In this document: piece after piece, positions 29,284 through 36,077 of the stretch | Position numbering within the stretch: position 1 is the stretch's first letter | Layout: the number at the start of each line of letters is the position of its first letter | Assembly (NCBI GenBank): GCA_050698135.1 | Contig: JBOHBB010000166.1 | Span: 1-50,082 of the forward strand | Origin: Gaiellaceae bacterium | Lineage (GTDB): Bacteria > Actinomycetota > Thermoleophilia > Gaiellales > Gaiellaceae | Length of the DNA stretch: 50,082 bases | Direction: 5' to 3' | Translations under genes and position numbers: made by a program | Notes under the pieces: generated by a model | Told to the model about the DNA's origin: nothing | Seen by the model: the letters and a program-made list of their open reading frames with translations, nothing else | The model's database searches: none

Positions 29284-29312
29284 ACGGTAGTCGGCAGATC
29301 GGCGGTCGTCAA
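29284..29312 (-). promoter_or_regulatory. Candidate promoter of the sigma factor gene
   Basis: Minus strand reads TTGACG (29312-29307), a 17-nt spacer, then TACCGT (29289-29284, TANNNT type). The -10 ends 28 nt before the TTG start. Pattern match only. Confidence 0.3.
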
Positions 29313-29392
29313 AGACAGGGCCGAGCGGCTGTGTGGGCCAGCGGCTCCAGGACATCGGTCCGATCTCGAACACCCGGGGGATCTACGAAGCG

Positions 29393-29437
29393 CGTCGCCG
29401 GCTCGCCGTTCGCTCGGGAAACCGCGAGACGGCGACG
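29393..29437 (-). terminator. Compound stem structure downstream of the candidate immunity gene
   Basis: cgtcgccg (29393-29400) is the exact reverse complement of cggcgacg (29430-29437), enclosing an inner ctcg...cgag stem. It begins 20 nt after the stop at 29457. Confidence 0.25.
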
Positions 29438-29456
29438 GCCTGCGCGAAGCGCTGCA

Positions 29457-30041
29457 CTAGAAAACGAAGCCCGGAGGGACGTCGATCGCGGTGACGCGGT
29501 CCGCTCCTACCTGCGCTATCAGGAGCGGAACTCGACCGAAATCGTCCGACCGCCGCGCGACAAGCTCCCAGTGACCCGGCGTCGGTGGCTTGCTGACGTA
29601 GCGCGCTCTCGGGTACAGCTGGCGAATTCTCCGAACGGAGTCGCCGACGCGGAGCCCACTCGCAGTCTTCCACCCGGTACCCCACAGCCGCATTCCGAGC
29701 CACGAACTTCGGCGTCGCAACTCGGCGTCGCCACATCCAGCGGCTCCGACGAAGTCGACGTCCACTCCAGGCGACTCCCACCGAACCGTGCACGTCGTCG
29801 ACATGGGATCGGTCGTCCCGCGGGCGCTCGGAACTCCGAATGCGGCGACCGCACGTTCGTAAGCCTGCCCCTGGCCGAGCTTGCCCCAGTAGTGGTACGG
29901 CCCGGCGCGGAGGCGCAGCACGAGCGTCGTATCGGTCCGTTTCTCGCCTTGATCGTCCCATGGACGAGACACGGCGACCGCCGCCAGCGCAGCGCCCGCG
30001 ACGAGGAGAATCACCCAGATTGCGGATCGACGTAGCTTCAC
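29457..30041 (-). CDS. Membrane-anchored extracytoplasmic protein of unknown function; candidate immunity protein for the upstream RHS toxin
   Basis: GTG 30041 lies 20 nt after the RHS stop. N-terminal anchor MKLRRSAIWVILLVAGAALAAVAVS. By hand count, 50 of 194 codons end in A/T, versus 2 of 95 in cysO. No family recognised. Confidence 0.6.
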   Translation of the reverse strand: MKLRRSAIWVILLVAGAALAAVAVSRPWDDQGEKRTDTTLVLRLRAGPYHYWGKLGQGQAYERAVAAFGVPSARGTTDPMSTTCTVRWESPGVDVDFVGAAGCGDAELRRRSSWLGMRLWGTGWKTASGLRVGDSVRRIRQLYPRARYVSKPPTPGHWELVARRSDDFGRVPLLIAQVGADRVTAIDVPPGFVF

Positions 30042-30061
30042 TTCGTGATGGTCACGGTGGG

Positions 30062-33000
30062 CTAGAAGCAGCGGCCGAGATACGGCCCTGGGCAGAACCT
30101 CTCAGGGTTTCCCCGCTCGAGGGCGATGTGGAGATGGGGAGCACCATTCGACGACCTTCCGGATCTCCCGAGGACTTGATCCAGTCGCACCCTCTGCCCT
30201 CTTTCCACGAACCGCACCGACAGATGGTGGTAGAAGACCCGATCGGTACGCCCGGCGATCGTAATCGTGAGGCCATCACTGCCTTCTGAGTTGGCACTCT
30301 CGACCCGACCACCGAACACAGCGCAGACCCTTGTTCCGACTGGAACGGTGATGTCTTGGGCGTTGTCGCTCTTCCAACCAGTGAGTGGCTTTGCCCTGTG
30401 ACCGGCCCTTCCACCTGCATTTATGCCAACCCGAGACAGCGGGTGGCCAGGCCGAGCACCACACGTGATCGGCGGGCGCGCAGGACGTCCACCACACGCT
30501 CGCGTCTGGCACCGGATGTCCGGGAAGTCCCAGTTCAGGGCCGAGGCGGCGAACCACGCCACATCCATGCCGTCACGCCCGGGCGTGAAGAGCTCGCCAG
30601 ACGCGTCGACCATGACGGTCGGACGGTTCGCCACGTACGAGTACGCCGATATGGCGCGGTCGTCCGGCGACTGACCTGCGGGATCCAGGCGCAAGAATCT
30701 CCCGGTCGCGGGGTCGTACTGCCTTGCGCGCAGGTGGTAGAGCCCGGTCGGGTCGAGATACTCGCCCGTGAATCTCATGGCGCTTTCGGGCTGATTGCCG
30801 TTCGCCTTCTCCTCCGTGCGGATTTCCCCGAACGGCTCGTACGACCACGTCCGCTGCGTCTGCCCACTCGGCGAGGCGAGGTGAGCCACCGAGCCGAGCC
30901 CGTCGTAGACGAAGTAGCTCGTGCCGTTCCCCGCGGTCTGGGAGATGCGGCGCATGCCGTACACATAGCGCCTCAGCAGCTTCTCGCTGCCATCCCTCTC
31001 CAAGGCGATCTGCGGCAGTCCCCCATTCATGTCCCAGAGGAAGCTCGTCCTGCGGTTCGCCTGGGAGCCTGTCGACGCCTGCACGCGGAGGTCGTCTCCG
31101 TCGTAGGCGTAGGTCGTCGTCGTCGAGCCTTGGGTCGTCGTCTTCGGGCGGTTGGCGAGGTCGTACGTGAACGTTCGACTGCCCGCGGAGAGCTCGTTTC
31201 CGTTCTGGTCGTAGGTGAAGCTCGTCGAGCCTGCCGAGAGCAGCCGATCGCGAGCGTCGTAGGTGTATGTGGTGCTGGCGCCGGGACGCTGTTCGGTGAG
31301 GCGGTTTCCGACCTCGTCGTACGTCCAGCGGATGAAGGGGTCGGACGCTCCGGCACAGCTCCCCACCTGGAAGCAGACGCTCGTCAGGCGGGAGTTCGCG
31401 TCGTAGCCGTAGGTCTGCGTCTGCGCGAGCGAGCCCGAGCGCACGATCTGGGTTGGATTCCCGACGCGGTCGAGCGTGGAGACGAAGCGGGCGAGGATCG
31501 TCGCGCCTCTCTGGCTCGAGACCTCCGTGAGCCGACCGACGCGATCGTACGTGCGCGACTCGACGTAGCCATTCCCGGACGGCAGGGTCGTCTGCACGAG
31601 GTTCGAGCTCACGTCGTAGGCATAGCTCGTCGTCTGCCCGCCGCTCGTGACCGCCGTCAAGCGGTCGAGGGCGTCGTAGGTGTAGTCGGTGACGACGCCC
31701 CCGGGGTAGGCGCGCCGCGTGACGTTCCCGGCGGCGTCGTACACATACGAGAACGTGCTCGAGCCGCGCAGGACCGTGAGCGGCCGGTCGAGGCCGTCGT
31801 ACGTGCGCGTCTCGGTGCCCTGGCCGTCGGTCATCGTCACGCGGTTCCCTGCGGCGTCGTAGGTGAACGTCACGTCCGCCGTCGCGTCCGAGTAGTCGAT
31901 CGAGGTGAGGCGGTTCGCGCGGTCGTATCCGTACGTCGTCCGCCCGTCGCCCGATGTGGGCGTCGCGTTCCCGTTCGGGTCCGTCAGCGTGACCCGGTTA
32001 CCGTTCGGGTCGTACGTGTGCGAGGTGACAGGAGCCGCCTGCGGGCCGCCGCCGTCGGGATCCGGCCCTGTCTCGGTGAGAAGCCTCCCGGCGTCGTCGT
32101 ACGCGTACGTCGTCGTGTGACCGTTGTCGTCTCGGCGGGTGAGGAGGTTGCCGGCGTCGTCGTACGCATACGTCGTCACTCCACCGTCAGGCGCGGCGAC
32201 GACCAGGATTCGCCCCGCGGCGTCGTGCGCGTACCTCGTGACGTGGTCGCTGGCATCTTCGACCGAGGCGAGGTTCCCGACGGCGTCGTACGTGTTCGCG
32301 GTGACGTTGCCGAGCGGGTCGGTCGCCGTCAGCAACCTGCCCGCGGCGTCGTAGGTGGAGGTCGTCCGGAAGTCGTCCGGGGTCGCACCCGCGGCGTTGC
32401 CACGCGGCTCGACGGTGCTCGCGGTGTTCCCGTTCCGGTCGTAGGTGAACGCCGTGACCGGGGCGGCGAGTAGGCCCCCGCCGTCTGGATCCGGGCGCGT
32501 CTTGGACACGACGCTGTTCGCTGCGTCGTAGGCGAAGATCGTCGTCGCCCCGCGCGGATCGGTCTCGGTGAGCTTGTTCCCGACATCGTCGTAGGTGTAC
32601 GTCGTGCGCGGGGCGGCGAGCAGGCCCGCGCCGTCGGGGTCGGGGCCTGTCTCGGCCACGAGACGGTTCGCGCTGTCGTAGGAGTAGGTGGTCCTGTGGT
32701 CGTTCGCGTTTGTCGAGCTCTGGAGCCTGCCCGCCCCGTCGTAGACGCTCGTCGTCACGTGCCCGAGCGGGTCCGTCTCGCTCAACTGATTCCCCGCGGG
32801 GTCGTACGTGTACGCCCAGGTGAACTGCGCGGCGCAGCCGCAGCCCGCGACGTTCCCCTTCGGGTCGACGCGAGCCACCACTCTCCCTGCGCCGTCGTAC
32901 GTGTAGGTCGTCCTGTTCCCGAGCGGGTCGGTGATCGAGGCGAGGTAGCCCGACGCGGGAACGTAGGTGTACGTCGTCGTCTTCTCGTTGCCGTCGGTGG

Positions 33001-34915
33001 AGGTGAGGACTCGCCCGGCGACGTCGTAGGTGTGGGAGGCGACTCCGGTTCCGTCCTGGGTGACACTCGCGGTGTTCCCGGACGGCGTGTACGCGAAGCT
33101 CGTGATCGTGCCTCGGGCGTCGGTGACCCGGGTCGGATCGTTGCGCGTGTTGTAGGCGAACGTCTTCTGCACGCCACCGAGCGACGCAGGAGCGGTCGTG
33201 GCGAGCAGGTTGCCGGCCGCGTCGTAGGCCATGGTGGTCTTCTCGTTCGTCGGCGACGTGACCGCGTCCGTGTTCAGGTCCGAGTCGTGGCCGAGCTCCG
33301 TCTCGTTGCCCAGGGGATCGACCTCCTTCACGAGGATCCCCTGCTCATAGGCGTGCTTCCAGGACTTGCCGTTCGCGTCGGTGACCGTCGCGATCTCCTG
33401 CGCCGGATCCCAGGCGAACCGGGTCGTCTGCTGGTCGGCGTCGGTCTGCGTCTGCACGCGACCTTCGGCGCCGTACACGTTCGTCACCTGCACGTGGTTC
33501 AGCGGGTCGACGACCGTCGCCAGCCTGCCGCCTGCGTCGTACGAGTAGGCCCACTGCTTCCCGCGGACGTCCGTGACGGACGCGAGGCGGCCCGAGGCGT
33601 AGGCATACGAAACGCTCCGCCCGTCCTGCGTCGACACCGAGCTGACGAGGCTCGAGGCGTTGTAGGCGACGGCCGCCTGCCTGCCTGCGGCATCCGTGAC
33701 GGTCGCGACCCGTCCCTGCGTGTCGTAGGTGAGGTCGACGCCCTGGCCGTTGCGGTCCTCGATCGACAGCAGGCGCCCCGCGCTCGTGAACGTGTACAGC
33801 ACCTGGTCCGTGCGGCGGAGCTCGTAACCGCCGGCGCTCGCCGTCAGCGTCGCCCGCGCTCCGGCGGCGCCGACGAACGCGCCGTCCGCCTGCTTCGAGA
33901 AGAGCATCTCTTGGCCCTCCTCGCCACGGGCGACGACGTCGCCGTTCGTCTGCGGGACGAGGGAAGCCGCGTACGCGTGCGTCCAGCCCGGGCCGAGTGG
34001 GCCTGCGGGGGCATCGCTCGAGGTGTAGGTCCTCGTCCAGGCGAAGGCGACACCCGTGCCGGGTGTCGTCAGGTCCTCGACCTGCGTCGTGAAGGCGCCC
34101 GTGCGCGTGTTCACGGGGTCGGAGAAGCACCGGCTCCCGCTCAGCCCCAACGAGCCGGAGCCCGAGCACGTGCCGTTCGACTGGCCGGGAGGCGGGCCGG
34201 AGGAAGGCGTCGTGAGCGTTCCACCGCCGAAGTCGTCCCACGCGGGGCTCGTCGCAACCGCGACCGAGAGCCCGAGCCCGATGCGGAGGTCGGCGGTGTA
34301 CGTCGAGTCGCTCGCGGACACCTCGAGCGTCCAGGTCGCTCCCCCGTCCTTCGAGCGCCAGCCCTGCAAGGCGTTCCCCTGCCGGCGAAGGAGCACGATG
34401 TGACCCGTCGCGACCCCGCCGCCCACGAACCCGGCCTGCGCGAGGACCTGCACGCCTCCCCAGTTCGTGCGCTTCCTGATCTGCCAGCCCGCGAAGCCGA
34501 AGGTGTTGACCGCGCGGAGGACGTACCCGTCCATCTGGTTCGTTCCACCGACCTCGGTCACGATTCCGAGGTCCGCCGCGGCGCCGTCGTCGAGCGCGCC
34601 CTTGAACGTCGCCCACACCTCGACGTCGCCGTCGAGCGTCTGGGGGGCCCAGTGGTACAGGCTCGTGATCGAGGTTTGGCTCGGAAGCGTGACCTGGTTG
34701 TTCAGGAGTTGGATCACGTTCGAGCTGGTGTCCGCCTTCGCCCAGTTCCCGCCGCCCGAGAGCGTGCTCTCGTTCGGGCGGTCGAAGTCGTCGAGGAGCG
34801 GCGTGGTGCGGATGTCGGCGAGCGAAGCATTCTGCGCGGATGTGGCACGCGCGACGAGCGGAACGGCAACGAGCACGAGTGTTGCGAGGACGAACGCCAC
34901 CCGACGACGATTCAT
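30062..34915 (-). CDS. RHS/YD-repeat polymorphic toxin: signal peptide, N-terminal jelly-roll-like domain, RHS cage, and C-terminal M23/LytM-like peptidase domain
   Basis: - ATG 34915 follows AGGAGGAG.
- Signal peptide: MNRRRVAFVLATLVLVAVPLVARATSA.
- N-terminal plug: CFSDPVNTRTGAF.
- Dozens of YD repeats (e.g. YTYDxxGR, YAYDxAGN).
- Core end: LRARQYDPATGRFLRLDP...YSYVANRPTVMVDASGE.
- The 176-aa tail aligns by eye with lysostaphin-type M23: DITVPVGTRVCAVFGGRV...VFYHHLS...VLGRSGRSSNGAPHLHIAL. Confidence 0.9.
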   Translation of the reverse strand: MNRRRVAFVLATLVLVAVPLVARATSAQNASLADIRTTPLLDDFDRPNESTLSGGGNWAKADTSSNVIQLLNNQVTLPSQTSITSLYHWAPQTLDGDVEVWATFKGALDDGAAADLGIVTEVGGTNQMDGYVLRAVNTFGFAGWQIRKRTNWGGVQVLAQAGFVGGGVATGHIVLLRRQGNALQGWRSKDGGATWTLEVSASDSTYTADLRIGLGLSVAVATSPAWDDFGGGTLTTPSSGPPPGQSNGTCSGSGSLGLSGSRCFSDPVNTRTGAFTTQVEDLTTPGTGVAFAWTRTYTSSDAPAGPLGPGWTHAYAASLVPQTNGDVVARGEEGQEMLFSKQADGAFVGAAGARATLTASAGGYELRRTDQVLYTFTSAGRLLSIEDRNGQGVDLTYDTQGRVATVTDAAGRQAAVAYNASSLVSSVSTQDGRSVSYAYASGRLASVTDVRGKQWAYSYDAGGRLATVVDPLNHVQVTNVYGAEGRVQTQTDADQQTTRFAWDPAQEIATVTDANGKSWKHAYEQGILVKEVDPLGNETELGHDSDLNTDAVTSPTNEKTTMAYDAAGNLLATTAPASLGGVQKTFAYNTRNDPTRVTDARGTITSFAYTPSGNTASVTQDGTGVASHTYDVAGRVLTSTDGNEKTTTYTYVPASGYLASITDPLGNRTTYTYDGAGRVVARVDPKGNVAGCGCAAQFTWAYTYDPAGNQLSETDPLGHVTTSVYDGAGRLQSSTNANDHRTTYSYDSANRLVAETGPDPDGAGLLAAPRTTYTYDDVGNKLTETDPRGATTIFAYDAANSVVSKTRPDPDGGGLLAAPVTAFTYDRNGNTASTVEPRGNAAGATPDDFRTTSTYDAAGRLLTATDPLGNVTANTYDAVGNLASVEDASDHVTRYAHDAAGRILVVAAPDGGVTTYAYDDAGNLLTRRDDNGHTTTYAYDDAGRLLTETGPDPDGGGPQAAPVTSHTYDPNGNRVTLTDPNGNATPTSGDGRTTYGYDRANRLTSIDYSDATADVTFTYDAAGNRVTMTDGQGTETRTYDGLDRPLTVLRGSSTFSYVYDAAGNVTRRAYPGGVVTDYTYDALDRLTAVTSGGQTTSYAYDVSSNLVQTTLPSGNGYVESRTYDRVGRLTEVSSQRGATILARFVSTLDRVGNPTQIVRSGSLAQTQTYGYDANSRLTSVCFQVGSCAGASDPFIRWTYDEVGNRLTEQRPGASTTYTYDARDRLLSAGSTSFTYDQNGNELSAGSRTFTYDLANRPKTTTQGSTTTTYAYDGDDLRVQASTGSQANRRTSFLWDMNGGLPQIALERDGSEKLLRRYVYGMRRISQTAGNGTSYFVYDGLGSVAHLASPSGQTQRTWSYEPFGEIRTEEKANGNQPESAMRFTGEYLDPTGLYHLRARQYDPATGRFLRLDPAGQSPDDRAISAYSYVANRPTVMVDASGELFTPGRDGMDVAWFAASALNWDFPDIRCQTRACGGRPARPPITCGARPGHPLSRVGINAGGRAGHRAKPLTGWKSDNAQDITVPVGTRVCAVFGGRVESANSEGSDGLTITIAGRTDRVFYHHLSVRFVERGQRVRLDQVLGRSGRSSNGAPHLHIALERGNPERFCPGPYLGRCF

Positions 34916-34975
34916 GCTTTCTCCTCCTGCGGGCGGCGAGGAGTGCCACGACGATCCGATTAGGCGGGCGTTTCC

Positions 34976-35003
34976 ATTCTGCGAATGTCCAGCCTCGTGT
35001 CAA
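34976..35003 (-). promoter_or_regulatory. Candidate sigma-70-type promoter of the RHS gene
   Basis: Minus strand reads TTGACA (35003-34998), a 16-nt spacer, then CAGAAT (34981-34976), inside a locally AT-richer 146-nt intergenic region. Pattern match only. Confidence 0.3.
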
Positions 35004-35016
35004 TTGGCACAATTGG
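35001..35016. repeat. Tandem CAATTGG x2, each containing the palindrome CAATTG, overlapping the candidate -35
   Basis: caattgg occurs at 35001-35007 and 35010-35016, separated by ca. Confidence 0.4.
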
Positions 35017-35061
35017 GCAGGTCCGCAGCAGCCACGCACGGAGGAGGCCGTTCCGCAGAGC

Positions 35062-36033
35062 TCAGCCGCGCGCCTTGCGGATCGCCGCGAGGTAACGCTT
35101 CGCCTCGATGGCCAGCGGCGAGCCGGGCTGCGTGCGGGAGGCGCGCCGGAGCTGGCGCTCGGCCTCGTCGACCCGTGCGGTCCAGAGGAGGAGCACGCCG
35201 AGGTGGAAGCGCACCGTCGCCTCTTCGGGGAACCTGCGAGAGAGCGGTCCCAGCCGTCCGAACGCGAGCGCCGGGTTCGCCTTGTCGAACGCGCCGACCG
35301 CGGCGGCCACCTGGGCCTCCGCGTCGCGTGGAGCGCGGCGAGCCGCCTGCTCGAAGACACCGGCCGCCGACACCGGGCGCCCGACGCGCCGGAGGCCGAC
35401 CCCGTAGAGCAGTAGCTCGCGGACGCCGCCGCGCTCGGCGCGCACGCGGAGCGCCTCCAGCTGGCGCCCGGCCGGCAGCTTCGTGACCGCCGTGGGCGCC
35501 TCGAACGAAGGGATGAAGGTCGGCAGCCCCCGCGGCAGCTTCGGATGGAGGACGTTCCCGGCGAGGGTCGCGTACGGCGTGTCGGGCTCGGCCTCGGCCG
35601 CCGCCTGCCAGGCGGTGAGCGGGTCGCCCTCGTTCGCCCACAGGCGTGCGAGCCCGAGGTGGAGCTGGACGACCGCCTGCTCGGGATAGAGCTTCCCGAG
35701 CTGCTCGAGCCGGTCGAGCGAGCCCTCGGGCCACGACGCGAGCGCCCCACCGACCTTCGCCTCGAGCGAGTCGTGCTCCGTGAACAGCGCGGCGGCCTTC
35801 GCCGTCTCACCTCGGCCGTACAGCGCCGCACCGCGGGCGAGGTCCCGCGCCTCGCGGTCCGTGCGGAAGCCGAGTGCGAAGGCGAGCGGCGGACGGCCGG
35901 GCCGGAGGCCTGCCTCCTCCGTCGTCGGTGTCGCCGACTCGCCGTCGGCGGATACGACCGCCACCGCGACGACCGCGACTGCCGCGGCAGCGACGAGTGC
36001 GACGAGGAGGACGATGCGCCGGCGGGCCGTCAT
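35062..36033 (-). CDS. Membrane-anchored TPR-like helical-repeat protein
   Basis: N-terminal anchor MTARRRIVLLVALVAAAAVAVVAVAVV. Repeated helical hairpins follow, e.g. VVQLHLGLARLWANEGDPLTAWQAAAEAEPD and VRFHLGVLLLWTARVDEAERQLRRA. Confidence 0.6.
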   Translation of the reverse strand: MTARRRIVLLVALVAAAAVAVVAVAVVSADGESATPTTEEAGLRPGRPPLAFALGFRTDREARDLARGAALYGRGETAKAAALFTEHDSLEAKVGGALASWPEGSLDRLEQLGKLYPEQAVVQLHLGLARLWANEGDPLTAWQAAAEAEPDTPYATLAGNVLHPKLPRGLPTFIPSFEAPTAVTKLPAGRQLEALRVRAERGGVRELLLYGVGLRRVGRPVSAAGVFEQAARRAPRDAEAQVAAAVGAFDKANPALAFGRLGPLSRRFPEEATVRFHLGVLLLWTARVDEAERQLRRASRTQPGSPLAIEAKRYLAAIRKARG

Positions 36034-36077
36034 CCCGCGACGATAGCCAGCAGGCCGCCGCTATAGTTCGGAAAGTA

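Noticed and set aside
30700-34100. Periodic repetition in the RHS gene (including three PDPDGxG..AAPxT segments) as a DNA tandem repeat or CRISPR-like array.
   Set aside because: The repetition is at protein level (degenerate YD repeats of variable length) inside one continuous ORF. There are no identical direct DNA repeats with unique spacers.
30356-35831. Alternative-frame ORFs inside the RHS locus: 30356..32473 (+), 32696..34963 (+) and 33345..35831 (-, 828 aa).
   Set aside because: The 30062..34915 frame gives a textbook RHS protein (signal peptide, plug, YD repeats, core motif). The others translate to arginine-rich nonsense and cross gene boundaries.
29457-36033. The RHS island as a mobile genetic element.
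   Set aside because: No integrase, transposase, tRNA gene or flanking direct repeats are visible. Only the toxin tip and the downstream ORF are compositionally atypical, which fits cassette replacement rather than an autonomous element.
35874-36077. 68-codon N-terminal extension of the rhodanese-E1 ORF.
   Set aside because: It overlaps the divergent TPR-like gene start (36033) and is R/P-rich. ATG 36078 begins the recognisable rhodanese domain.
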